Source: Lingula anatina
Taxonomy: Eukaryota; Animalia; Brachiopoda
Assembly: GCA_051362555.1 (NCBI GenBank)
Contig: CM120640.1
Coordinates: 5,828,001-5,892,000 of the forward strand
Direction of reading: 5' to 3'
DNA length: 64,000 nt
In this document: positions 37,456 through 51,700 of the stretch, one piece after another
Numbering within the stretch: the first letter of the stretch is position 1
Layout of the letters: each line of letters starts with the position of its first letter
Made by a program: the position numbers and the translations under genes
Notes under the pieces: generated by a model
Databases searched by the model: none
What the model saw: the letters and a program-made list of their open reading frames with translations, nothing else
Told to the model about the DNA's origin: nothing

Positions 37456-40400
37456 GGGGGGGGGTGAGGGGGTGGGATCAATTACGTTTATTTTAAAGCA
37501 TTAAAACGTCGACATTGTCCAAAATAAAGTAGAAGGCTCTGCTTCCAGTCTGCAATGTCGATAATAATGAAGTATCCATGTGCTATACCTGTGTGCAATA
37601 TATTCCATTATAAAATTTTCGATTCGACTGCTACTTGAATCTCTCATGCGTAACTGATCAGAACGTGTTTCTTTTAGGACTAGCATTTCTTTATCTTCCG
37701 ATATTAGTATTGTTCTCCCACGGTCAAAAGATTTTATTACTTGTGGCCGCTAAACAGTGAAACGCTTGACATTGTTCAACTTTGTTTATTGACACTATGC
37801 AGTATATCTGATATCACCTCTGCTCAAAAGTCCAAGGCTGTATGGACATTGTTAAGAAAAAGCTCTTTTGATGGTTCTTATTTTGGGAGCGAAATTATCA
37901 TACCTATTTATCTGTCTTCGTTCGTAATTTGACCCGATGCTTGTTAAAGGAATGGCGAAGGTTGTAACCTCGCATTTCAATGCGACAAATCGTATTTCAT
38001 TTCGCCAAATCAAGGGGAAAGGCTTTCGGGTACGGCATCCCACCATCATTTGTCCAATACTGGGGCCCTGTCAAGTAATCTGACATATCAGGACACAGAT
38101 ACCGGGTTTGTCAACTAATTTATATGAACCCGGTTAGCTCCTCAGTGATTTATAGCAATATATATCTCTCTCGACTCCACTGGCCCTTACTCGCCATACA
38201 TTTTTGCAACTGCACTGAATATTTTTACGAGAGATGACGTCTATAATTTGGTTTTATGCTCTATTATTATCATATTAACCTACAGAGATAATCTAAACCC
38301 ATATTCTTAGATCACAAACAGACAGGCATGTTGCTGTGTTTACAGATTGTAGTCAAAATTATAACCGGGATACATGTACGATGTTATCGAATTACTCTGT
38401 ATTTAGGTACTGAGGCACCTATCATTATGATCGCATATATTATTTATCTATTTTTAAGACATTAATTGTTGTTGGTAGCAAAAAAATCCTTGCAAGGTCG
38501 ACTTTTGGCCCTCCATGTTACCCAAAACTTCATCCCCAGAGGCACGGCCTGAGCCAGGAAATTATATTACTTCTTCAATATGTCGCAGTCCACTTTATTT
38601 ATCAGTATGGGTGGGATGAAAATGTCACGGGAATCCATCGAGGCGAAAAGATGCGAATCTTCAATAAGATCAAACGTTACTTATCTAACATTAGACCTGT
38701 GAGGAAGAGTGGTAGAGGGTTCCATAGTGTAAATATAAAGTGACGGCCTACTGAAATTTTAAAGCCATAAAAATTACGTTTCCAATACTCAAAATGATGT
38801 AAATGTTTCCCTCTTCATTTTCTTATTAGCACAGTATATTCCACAGGGTGGTTTGTGAAAAATATCGACGAATAACGGAAAAGAACGCCTTTAAAATAGT
38901 GACTCTAGATCTTAAATTGGGCACGAGTTTTGTCCGTGCTAGATCCAATGGAGCTCATGGAGGACGTGAGACCGTGTCACAAGCCCAAGGTAGCCTGCTC
39001 AGGTGCCTCGATCACTCAAATTAGGGCTGCGCTGGGACACGCCGCGGGCTCTGCGACACAGTGTGTGTCATCTCTCAAAACTGATTAGGTCTTCTCATAC
39101 CCAACACTGCAATAACTTCTACCAATGAGCTACATGTGACCCTCCATCTTCAGCATGACTGATACATGTAGCTCATTGCTTCTATCCAGGCTTCTAATTT
39201 CTTTCCTTTTTTTTTACTCAGTACCGCCTGAAAAGGTGATAAACGTAAAGATTTTAAGACTAATCAATCATGAAATCATGAAAATTAAGCCGATTTTACT
39301 CAACTGGTTCTAATAAGGTGATAGGTGTCATAATACCGCGCGCTACAGGACGAGGGGTAATATTATATGAGCAGGTCTATTTTTTAAGTTCACGAGAATA
39401 ACGTTATTATCATATTTATTCTCCCTGGGCCACATCAACCCCAAATAACACTTGTTCCATGCCCTGTCACACGATTTGATAGCAGTGTTGGCATGCTTGG
39501 GTCATGAACTGATTTATACTCTGTGCCTCTGTAATTATTTGGTAAAAACGCTCAATATTTATTTTTATGTCCGCAATTACACTGTAATTAAACAGAATAG
39601 TAAAATAAAACAATGTTTGCTAACACTCATTTATCGGAATTCCTCCCAAAATCGTGATATCAGTATTCTTACCTTTTGTTTGAGGAACATGTATATACCC
39701 GGTAAGTTTTGATATACAAATACGTGCACTGAAAGGGTGGACAGAGAAAACAGAAATCTCTAATCTAAGTTTCGTATAAAATCTACATTTTTGGCAAACT
39801 ATAATGGCAGATATATTTGTTTAGAAAACATGCTCGGAATGATGATGGAGGGGGAGGATAATTGATTAAGTCAACCACCTATAGCCGCCAGTGACAGGCG
39901 CCTGGGAGGCAGGGAGAGACACGGTAGAGATTAGATAAATTGAATTCCGCGACCTCCAAACAAAATTACAGGTTGTTATGAAGAAATGTCTCGGTGAGGT
40001 GGCACGCATATAACCCCTGGTCGCTAATTGTACTCACCTTGCCCCGAATTGTTGCACAAAGGAAAATAATATACCTGTCCTCGGTCACTTTACAACCTCA
40101 CTGTGCATAATGATACTTTTGTTAATTCACGTCGTAATACAGGTACACTTCCGATTATGATGAGCAGGCCAACATCTAGCACGTGGTGACAGGTGATAGT
40201 CTATTGATGGCAGACCACACATTGCTGAAAATATTTAAAACCAAAGGAGGGGATAATGGAAAAGTCGTGGTTTTCACAGATAGGTAAGAAGGCGAAAGAC
40301 GTGGTTTTCACATATATATATTTGGTGCGGCACCTTCACATAATTTTAATCAAAAAATACGATCGGTAACATTCATGTCTGTCTGACCCAGTATAACCAT

Positions 40401-43400
40401 TCCACGCCTCACCTCATGTCTCAAAAGATTAACAAAATTCTAAAATTCACCACAGACAGACACTCCGTATAAATTTGAAACCTAAGGGGAAAAAAGCAAA
40501 GCACAGATACAGGAGACATAGCTGAGGGAACATGTATGGCCGTCAATTCCAATGTAACCTGAAACGGAACAAGAAGACTTCAAAAATTGTAAAGGTATTT
40601 GATAGAACTGAAGTCGAGTATTGAAGGACTTATTTTCAAAACGCCCCTCCTTTTAATGCGAATAGCAAATACTTAGGGTCTTCTATCCAGTCCAATAACC
40701 AGCCACAGTACAGCACACATATTTCGTTTTGAACTGATTTACCGGATGGATGGATAAAAGGAGCACGATGCGCGTTAAACCTTTAGAAAGAGCAGGAGTG
40801 AATTTTCCTGGAATTATTGTTATAAACATTTTTGTCTAAATTAGCAAGGTATACCCTATCCAAAACCGTTAGAAAAATTACGATGTATAAAACAATTTCG
40901 AGGAGTTAATTTCTAATCATTACTGTCACAAGTAAAAAGCATTAGGCTCTATCTTCATTATATGAGTGGCCAAGAAAGACGCGATTCTTGCATGTATCAA
41001 GCGATGAAAAGGTAACAAGATAAGCCATCAAATATTCTACTAGTAGTAACTGTTAAGCTGCAATTCAGAAGTATATTTTTTGAAGCTAGGTCCCATTTTT
41101 TAAGATCTTTTAAAGCTGGGTCCTAGTTTACAGTAACACTGAATTAACATGGCAATTGACACATGCAATATACACTCACAAATAACATGTATTACATAAA
41201 ATCGCCAACCAAAACTAATGCCACGTCATTATAACTGTCTCTTTGCCTATACTTTAATGGTGATTTATTGCCTAATGCACCCAATGACTGCACATCCGCA
41301 CACCTAGATAAATATTATTTATTTTATTTCAAAACTGCTTTCGGACCAACACAGTCATTGCTTTTTTTACATGGAAGATGTGCCGTAAGTTGCACAAATT
41401 GAATGACCTGCACCGATATATCTAAGTTACCTAAACAGCAAAAAAAATCACACCGTATTGACAATACCGAAACAAACATCAAGAAATCACTGTTTCGTAC
41501 AAAATCCGATTGACGCGGAGATTTAAGGGATAGATGGTAAAAGGGCGAAGTTTTGTGACCCTCCATCTTCGGCATGACTGACACTAATGAAACGTACTCT
41601 CACATTCCAAAGCATCCATTGAAGGTGCATTACTTAGATGACACAACTGTAACCTAAGTCACCCTCACCTAGCCCTGGTCAATGTAAGCCCTTTGTCTTG
41701 TGAAAATACTTGAGTTGAGAGTGTGTTTTGATTACCCTTACCCTCTCATATGAAGAATAGAAATCGACGGCAAAATAAGCCGTAAGGATTTCAATGCAAA
41801 CAACAGTGTTGGCATAATTTAGCTTATTTTCAGGCAAAAGAAAACATTTTTGGAAACTTTCCCTTAAAGATGTTGTTCCATTAAGATGTCGATCTTGATG
41901 GCGAATGTCTAAGTGAAACTAACTTGCAATGGCACATTATGTAAAAAGATAATATTTGTGACAATCTGGGGGTCGTCGTGTATTCAAATGAACACAGTGT
42001 GTGATAGGTAAACGCATGCATGACAAATCAGTGTACACAGACACTCATGGCGCGTAACATAGCAAATATATAGCCTCTTAGACTATCTGTGGCCTTAGCA
42101 TACATACGTCCGCACTATACGTCTGTATACGCAGTTACATAGTCACATCGTCACATCAAGGTAAACTTAGGTAAGTAGAATTTTGAAGGTCAGGCATCGT
42201 TAAATTATTTATTTATTCAATTTTTTAATTAAAACAATTCATTTCCGTTGATAGATTCGTGATCGGGATAGTTCAAATGTTAACACCGGGTAATAAGCTA
42301 CCCATTTCGCGGGCCAAAGAAAAGTGTCTCAAACATTGACATTGTTAGCATAAAGCAAGCTGAGGGTCGGCATATGTAGGAGTGGCTTTACTGGGTAGAT
42401 GTTTTAGTGTATTTTGTAATGACAAATGATGGGTCAAACATATACGCCACGGGTACCCGGAACCTGAAGGACAGGGAGTGAAGATTTATTTTACCAGGTG
42501 CCTTATTCCTTCATAACTGTCATGACATACATGGTTTTGGCTTCAACATGAAAATGATTTAACTGTTAGAATCTTCAACGTTTGCAAGTGGTCAGTCGTA
42601 TCAGGCACGTTTCGGGGTGCGTAATCAAGACCCCCTCCCCCTTAATAATTTGACACCTAAATAAAATCCCGTGCGTGCAGTTTGAAAGCCAACCAACATT
42701 CGTCTATGACTTAGTTTATGACTTAAATGCACAAAAGCTACGAAGTCGATTGAAACCTGTGCCTTTTCTTTATGATTTGTCCTAGTGTAAAGAATGCCCA
42801 TGCTGATGGAAAGATCTCGAGGCGCGATAGTGACGGTAAAAAACGAGATTGTGTGGGGCTAAATGATCCGTGATATGGGGTGAGGTGCCGCCGATAAGTT
42901 AATGTGGTGGGTAGAAAACGAGAGTAAAAGGGTGTTATTGAATACAAAATCGCACGTTTCTATAGAAGAGAAATTATATAAATCGTTGATATTCATAAAA
43001 GTTGCCTTTCCAACGTTTGGGTCGCTGGGTATTGTTACGGGTCAATCAAAGTTGGCGAAGTTGACGCCTACCTGGGATACCCCGAGGGCCTGCTCTGTGG
43101 TAGCCAGGGAAAAATGACCCCGGGTCAGATATGAATGCGAGAAGGGTCCGGAATGCGTGGTGTTTGAGAATTTGATAAGCCATAAAACATATTGTTAAAA
43201 CGTTTTTCTTTAAAACGTGAACTTGCTTGTGCACTTTGACCGACGTCTCCCAGCCTTGGGCCAACTGAGGTTAAACAGTCATCTTAATCTTTTCATTTGG
43301 TTTCTATTTTGTCTCTGTTCATCAAAAAGACTCGAAATTAAATTAAGGCGAAAGGGGGACGGGTAACCCGGAGGCATGAGATGACCAAATAGATAATGGC

Positions 43401-43734
43401 CAAATCTTAATCTCATTCTCAGGAGTTACTGTCCATATGTGTCTCCGGTGGACGCCATCCATTCTTACCTTTGACGCTCCCACATCACAGAACGTGGAAG
43501 GAAAAGTGGGTGTCATTGTTGATGTTGTTTGTCCCTGTTGTGTATGGGGCTTGTGACGGCCTGTGGCCACCCACAGTCATAAAGTGACCAGCTACCCATG
43601 GCCATTGCAATGACAATGCTGTTCAATTATTATGCCTTGTGCATATGGTCATGTGAAGGGGTGACGTTGTTGTTTGGGTGGTGATACGTTTTTCTGGTTG
43701 GACTGAGCATGGACAAATTATGATTTGTTTATGG

Positions 43735-43737
<3 letters not shown>

Positions 43738-43765
<28 letters not shown>
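43738..43765. repeat. (GA)14 microsatellite
   Basis: Seen directly. Confidence 0.95.
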
Positions 43766-43768
<3 letters not shown>

Positions 43769-46700
43769 ATAAGTACAATCCATATAATAGACCCGCAAGC
43801 AAACAAATGTGAAATTATATTAAATTAATTTAAGTAGGTTACACCATCCTATTAAAACTAGACTCCAATTTTGTTTGATTATTTTAGGTGTTAGAACATA
43901 TCTTAATAATTATTCGAACGTAAAAAAACATCAAGGTATACAGTTATCGTTCCAGACATAAAACGTTTAAAGTTGCAATAAACAAGAACTGGTTTACCGC
44001 AAATCTAAATAATGCTAACCCTTTTAAAATGCACGCCTCAGATGACTCTAAAAACGGAACTGATTCCGCTGTGATGGCACCAAAATACACTACATGAAAG
44101 CTCTCGCATAACTACCATAATTTTGATAACACTCTTTCAGTATTTTAATGTATTTTTTGTACTAGTTCGTGCAAAGAGGGTGGGCATCAGATGTAACGTT
44201 ATTGTACCTTGTACATAAACAGCAGATGATGGTTTCACCTGGCCTAGTGGCGTCTGTTTTATCTCGTGAGCTCGCACTTTGAAGTTCTGTTTTCAAACGC
44301 TCCAGTACTCTCTTGACTTCATATACATGTGTTAGTAGAAAGAGAAGACCTTCGTTCTGATCTTGTGGTGCGACCCATATGATAAGCTGTCGCTTTCTCT
44401 TTCTTTTAATGTCATAACAGCAACGTTTATAGTCTTGACTGACCTTGAGATTTAGGGTTTGATTTAATAAAAACCTGCAAAGATGAATATACTATACCGC
44501 TATGTTTCTCTTGGAGTAGACTAAAATGCACAAAAGTGAGTTGAAGCACAAATCTTTCAAATTTAGGGAGCTTTCTTCGCACTCTTCAGTTAATTGTTTT
44601 AATGCCTTAAAATGTATGCGTACAACAGTATAGGTTGTAAGAGATAAGTAATTTTTTTGCTTTCGATACTAATCTACTGTACACTCTTCGCACTCCTAAA
44701 TCTTCTTTTTCTTCATCCTGGAAGTTGCTTAAAGATAACTAGAGATGTTCACAAGGAGGTGATAAGGTTGATTGCTTACTTTGTACTGCAAATTATTTGT
44801 TTATATATTTGGCGTTTGAAGTCCCCGTATTTTAGCTAATGCCATTCCCACCACCTAGGGAACTCGCAGTATCAATATCACCCAACCTCAAGCTCTTACG
44901 CGGATTCTTGATAATTCTTAGATAAATAAATAAACCTGCGGATCGTAGATACAAGCGGATAGTAAATGTGGATTGCAGATCGTAAATGCTAGTATTTGCT
45001 TTAGAAACCTAGTAAGACTACTTATTTTAGCTTGATCGAACGGGACATCGTCCGTCGGTGGGAATGGTATCGATCTTCACCAAATCTTTGTTTACAAGTT
45101 CGCTGATCCCATTTACTCTTATAAATAAGCTGCTTTTCCTTAACGGCATTCAAGCGTTTGAGAGCACGATGCGTCTGAGAATCTACTTTTAATTTAAGTT
45201 CATTTCAATCTTTTTCGGATCATTTGCTTCAAGTTGCACCGAGCAGTACCCGCCATCACATGCGCACGTCACTCAGAATGTGATGAGCCAAGAGATACGA
45301 TGCTTGGCGAAGATGCTGGGGTCGCGCCTGTTGGGCACTCGAAGCTAAAGATTTTCCCATCCTGGGCGGCTTCCCTTGTGAGGACTCCTGCCTGGGTCAA
45401 TTTTGACGCCGTACAAGTTACACATTTACTTAACAGATCAACGCCTGATTAGCCCTAAAAATCAACTCCCGTGCCAGCCAGAGAAAAGACAATTTATTTA
45501 GTAGAGAATTCCAAAACTTCCCTCAGCGTCTAGGCGGTCCTACGATACGATCACATTATGCTTTCTACTTATCCTTGATGCCTGCCTTTAAAGGCGTTTA
45601 CATACTTGAATCTCTATAATGATACAGTATTTGTAAACCGCGCGCACTTGAAAATTATTGCGTAAGTTCGAGTCATCGGCAAATACTCGAAATATCCGAT
45701 CACATTTCGAGAAAGGCAGTGTTAAACCAGGCAGCGAGGGATATGCGTCGATTTCTGCAGTTTTAGACTAAACGGTTTTCATGCGTTAAAGCTAATGGCT
45801 AATGAATAAGTCGATAAGGAATGAAAATTCCATTTTTCAGGAGATACATCGAAGTCGATACCCGTCATTTCAGAGAATACGTAATATCTAATGAACGAAT
45901 TGACAATTTTGGGGAAATGTCCCATCGGGAAATTTTGGGGGAGGAGAGGGGAAAACATTCTGGTCATACTATGATGGGGCACCATAGTGAAGTATGGTGC
46001 CAGTATTTGATCTTTTTGTCTAGCATTAGGCGGATACAGCAAATCTTGAGATGAAAGGGGGAAAGTTTATATTTTGAGTGCTAAAAGCGCTTCCTTAAAG
46101 CGGCCGTATGTTTCTACTACTACTACAAATATACCACAAGTACTAGACCATTGATGCCAAGTGTGAATCAACACTATACATCCGCTGGGGAAACTTTTTT
46201 GCGCCTTTTCTCACAATTTTTGAGTGATGGCTGTTTAATTCAAAACCCTTCGAGTAAACCTAAAAAAGTCCCCGCTCACGAAGTTTCAGGTAAATTGTTT
46301 ATACCACAGCGCCCAACACACGTTCTGATCAATTTAATGTTGTCAGTGTGCGAAATTAGTTTGAAGTGTAAATTTCCTGCGCGGCCCGCCTTCTCCGTGG
46401 CCCTCCCCTTCACGCCATTGGTCCGAGCGAAATGGAAGCCTCACATAAGCAGCGCGGTAGAGTACTGGATGGTAGATCAAATTCATGGCTTGAATGGGAA
46501 GAATAGACGTTCTTTTCATTGTATCCGACTTCTTGCATCCTCTGGTTGGTGCGACGTTAAGGTAGTGACCGGAGAGCCCTAACGTGAAGTATCACACCCT
46601 GGGGTGGACGCTGAAGGAGATAGCGTTTGACCATTCCGTATTAATCTCGGTATGTACATGGTTAAAAACCTTAATATTATCATTAATTCGGGTCCTCGAG

Positions 46701-48672
46701 TTCAGCTCGGATGTATCAGCTGTGTCGTCAGCTGCTGGCGTTTTATTTATTATTAATATCAACATCAAGGTACACACTAAGCGGAGGGAGATTTTATGAT
46801 GAGGTTTGATGTTCAGTGAAACGATAGCACCGTACTGTTAATGTACAGCGAGACAGTTGTAGCTATAGTGACTGATATTCGATGGGGGATAGCATATAAT
46901 GAAGAAGCTTTGCTTGGACGCACAGGTGAGTGATCGTATTAACGTTGTAAAGGCATTTTAGCTGCAAGCCCAAGGAGGGAGTGACTACACACCAGCTGTA
47001 GATTTCCTTGTCAGAAATGAAGAAGTTCTTTTGGCAAACGGCCTCAGGGGGGCGTCGGTAAATACACCCCGATGGAGAATACCGGTGATTGTTGTATGTT
47101 CTGTGTCTAACCTTACCAACGTCAGCCCCCCAACAACTTAAATGGAATGTTTTGAAATGAGCACGCACAATAAACGAGGCCATGTTTTGTATATTCATTT
47201 CACCTTGAATGGCCAACAACTTAGCTGCGGGTCGTAATTTTTGAACTTCATTAGAGGCCTTTGAATGAATTTCAATCTCGATCAAATTCTGCTTGGATTA
47301 ACTAATTTCACTCTAAAGCACAGGTTGCATAGAGAAGACAATACATGTTTGGTTACTTGGTCTGGTCGGGTTTTGTGAGTGTGTGTTTGTTTATGTCAAT
47401 ATCACCACCCCCTTGGCGCTCTGGCCCACTGTTTCACACCGCAAGATGAACATTGTCGACTGTTCTCTGATTTTCTATGTTGGACGGGGTCAATTTCATG
47501 AATTTCCCTTTAAATCCACTTTCTCAATAGGGTCGAATTCCTCTCTTTTATTCTTGTGAAACTCTTCAAAAGTGGAAAAAGTATTGCCATCTGTGTGGCC
47601 GCCGGTAATGTGAGAGGCTTTGATCCTGGCTGTGTTTTAACACATTACATTATACCCCGTGCTTGGTATATTTCATAGTATTTCATGTAACGTTGTTAAC
47701 GCTTGACGTCTACCCGGGATCTTCTTCCACCGGCACTCATGCTGCTGCCGGTAATTTATGGTCATCCAGCCAGTTCGGTGAACACCTCGAGAGTGCTCGA
47801 GAATTAATAACTCAGCCCTCAAGAGTTTCCATAGTGGCATAGCGGAGTCCTCTGAACCATCAAAAGTGGTAGAACAGCATTAACCCTTTTTATCATGCTA
47901 TCTGGACATCGTGTCCGGTGTGTGGACTCGAGAGACGCCGCGTGGTCATCAGTCGTGCCCACGAAGTGAGCCTGACCGGCACTGTAACTGTATTTTGTTC
48001 CGCTATAAACTTACTAGTTGACAGACACACCGTATGCATGTGTGTCATCAAGGTTAGGACGTGAGAGGGTGTTGGAAATTAAAAGACTTGTAATCCACGG
48101 TAAGTTATTGACATTTGTCGAGATATGTACATTTATATTGTAGTTGGTACAGAGATGAGTGACTGTCACATTCCAAAGGTAAGTTGCGATAATACACTGC
48201 ACTACAATAATCAGGGAATCCATACGAATGTTTTGGTTTAATGTCTAAAGCTTGCAAGATGCTGCCGATTTTCACATTTTATTTCGCTCTGTATATCTGT
48301 CGTTAAAATAGCTGCATTTTAACTCAGCAGTCACCGAGCCAACAACCTCTAAATGTGCCATGATTTAATGATGTGCATGTAGGCAAGCTAAAAGCACCAT
48401 GTGTGTGTATAGGACATCCTGCGATAAAAACGAAGCTCACGTAGGTTTTGATAAAATTTTCAATACGATATAAAACCAAGAGCTTTTTAATTTAAAAAGA
48501 GAGTAGGTATTGTAGGAATATACTGAGTACATGTATATGCACTAGCAGTTTGCCATGCCGGATATGCATGGAACGATACGGGTTTGTTACGTGGCCTTAA
48601 TATATGTAAACTCATATATATGTATATGTTTATAAATGAACGAATTAAAACGTACGATTTCTGGTGTACCCG

Positions 48673-48675
<3 letters not shown>

Positions 48676-48715
<40 letters not shown>
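48676..48715. repeat. (GA)20 microsatellite
   Basis: Seen directly. Confidence 0.95.
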
Positions 48716-48718
<3 letters not shown>

Positions 48719-51700
48719 TGTCCCTTCGTTTACTGTGCTAAAGACAGTACATGGTAAAACTAAAGCAGGAGGATGTGCTTGTGTGTGCGTGCTATCTCAC
48801 CTGTTTTCAGATCAACGTAAACACCTTTATATTCTGTAACACACACGACTTATACTGAAAAGATTAGTGACCTAACTATTATGACCATAGTCACAATATT
48901 GACAGCATGTGAAGAGCGACAGACGATCCTTAATTTGGATAATATCCTTGCGAAGATAAATGCTCATTTAGCCGAAGATAAGTGGCATTTTAAGCCCCTG
49001 CTAGGATAGTGGGGACATTATGCTCACCTACATGTTCAAGTCTCTGGGTTGAGAGTTGTAAACGCCATCTTGAGTGAAAATGTTCAGATGCGGTATACAA
49101 GTACAGATGATGATTCGAGAACACAATGACAGCTGATTATTAATGCAACAATGGTATTAAATGAGGATGTTATGGTGCGTGGACTGCCACGACTGCCTCT
49201 CAGTCTTGCCATTGTTCACTAGTGTTGAATATAACTAGATTAGTTATAATTGGGGGTGTGGGTATAGGGACAGAGAAGTGGAGGGGGCAGGCAGGTGTGT
49301 CATATCTTCTGCCTCTTTACCATACAGTTTACAATACATGGGAAGATGTCCCCCAGACGCTTTAATTCATACTAGTCTAACCCATCATGGCAGACTGCGT
49401 GAGAAACTATATAGAGCTAAAATTCTCCGTCAACTCATTCATCACTATCAACGCTTCCCAATATTCCGTGATCACATTTCAATATTGGATATTTACTCAG
49501 ATAACAATACAACGCGCACCAAACAACAATTGGCATTTTCAAAAATAATCACACGAGAAGGTTCAATCTGGAAGCAGCAATTTTATTACCCACATAAAAC
49601 CGTGTTTGATACGCCTCTCTATTGCCTTGTAGTTGCCCCAAAGTCGTGTAGTCACGCTCAGAGGTCCGTGTTGGTCACATCAGCAACTGTAGGAGTGCGG
49701 TTTGTAGTCGGTGAAGTGTGCCAGCAGGACATGCTATGGCAGGAGGCCGGTTGTAAAAACAGAGATGTACTGAGATATGACATGCCGGGTCCTCTTAATG
49801 ATTTACATAGGTGGTTCACGTCATATTAAACAATGGCAGTAATTGAAGCTTGCGGAGAGATAGCGGTTCGGGACTGTTTTTAGAAACTACAAAAGCGGCT
49901 CCCTGACAGGTCACTATCTCGTAACGCATTGTTTTTTTCCTGACCCTACGGAATTTGTTTTTTATGTTATTCGTTTATGCTTTCCCCACAACAGCAAGAG
50001 AGGTGGCATTGATATCTTTATATATTTAAGTGCTAGCCCAGAGAAAAGTAGAAATTTATCCGAACTTTTGTTAAGTACCAAATGCACAGTTGTATGAAAT
50101 GGATGCTAGGGTTGCATTAGGGGCTGTTTAATTTGATGGCAAAGACTTTTATCGCTCCAAACATGAGCTGTATATCTTGGTTTTTTGCTGGCCACACAGA
50201 TTTGACTGACGAGTCTTTTTTCCTTCTCGAAACAATGTGTGTGTGTGTGTGTGTTTCCTGCAATTTTCTATACGTATTTAAAATTGTTCTTAAAATCAAA
50301 TGTTCTTGATGCTCAAAAATTTACCGAGTAGCCATCTTTTTTTTTTTCGTGTTACACGATATACCATTTCCTTCAAGATTATGCTAGACAATATGGAAGT
50401 GACCGAAAAATGTAGACGACAAGGCCCAAAAATAAATTTGATATGTCAGATACGGTTTCGTTCTGCTTTTGCGCGACTCGCGAATTATTTTTGCTGTTTT
50501 ATTTAGTGAAATAACATGTGCTTTATACTTTCCCTTATGTAACAGTATGGTGTGTCTAAGGTCGACAAATACACAGAGAAGAATAGAACAAGACAACTCA
50601 GAAATCATATGCATTTATTAGTGCAATAGGCAATTTGTTTAATCAGATATAATTAAATTAAGAGTAGAGAACTGTACATTAGTTGTTGTAATGGCAGTTC
50701 ATTACAGGAAATGATAATGGGCAAGAAAAAGACACAGATGGCAGGGAAGGCGAGGGTGTCTTCCCGCACCTAGGGCCTTGCACTCGCAAACTCTTCCCTT
50801 GGTCCTCAAATGACATCTTGTCTTCTTCAATTTCATTTGGTCTGTAACGCATCTTTTGGCCAACGGGCAACTGGTCAACCGTTTCTACTGTGTCAAAGCA
50901 TCAGCGTGGTAACGACTCCGGCATTCTCTCATCGGGATCCCGCTTTCGTGGCGGGACCGACGTACGTCACGCTCCCGTGTAAGACCAGTACAGCAAACTC
51001 GTCGTTTTCTCACTGGGTTTTGTGCAGCTGGTTTCAAATTTCTCGCGTGTTTGGATTGGTTTACCATCTCTTTTCAATATCAAACTAGTTTACGTGCATG
51101 CTGTTTTCTTTAAATTAATTAAACACCATTTACCCAAAAGCTGCGAAAAGAGACAATCTGGTCCATTGTATGCTGTCATTGAGAAAAGCTATGTGCCATC
51201 GGAAGGCAAATGGGAAGGGTATTGTCATTGTCCTCTGTAAAAACGTAACTTTTAGACAGAAAAGTAGGTTTTATATTCGAAGTATAGCTCAACATGAACT
51301 TTTAACACAGTGATCTGTTTTGATTTCATAGCTCAGCGAAAATAGGAGTAAAATTACGGGTTGCTGAATATACTCCCACACAAAAGAATGAAAAATGCGC
51401 GTCGTGTGAAGCCTCGCTCAGTATGAAAGTAAACCTGTTCTCCGGTTTGCAAGGTTTTAATTCTTCTTATCACGATCTAGGTGGCCGTCAAATGTATCAT
51501 GGATAGTATCTAAATGGGTCATTAAGTTATGTGTGACTTATCTAAGGGGTTTAATGGCAGTATCCGTCTTCAGCTGGCTGGAGAACTGAGTTTTTCTCAG
51601 CTGGACAGGTGTCGCTAACCCTTTCACCTTTAGAACACAGCATACCGTGGCAGAAAGTAATATCTTACGCTGCAACTCCATCACATGAGGTTTACATGTG

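Noticed and set aside
38920-38945. Helitron-like 3' end (gcacg..cgtgc hairpin followed by ctag)
   Set aside because: The stem is very short and overlaps the CTAG, it is not followed by T, and no matching 5' end was found.
49278-49829. 183-aa ORF (also ORFs at 46151, 46863, 54435 and 56752)
   Set aside because: They have mostly non-ATG starts, no recognisable motifs and no convincing flanking splice sites; their lengths are compatible with chance.
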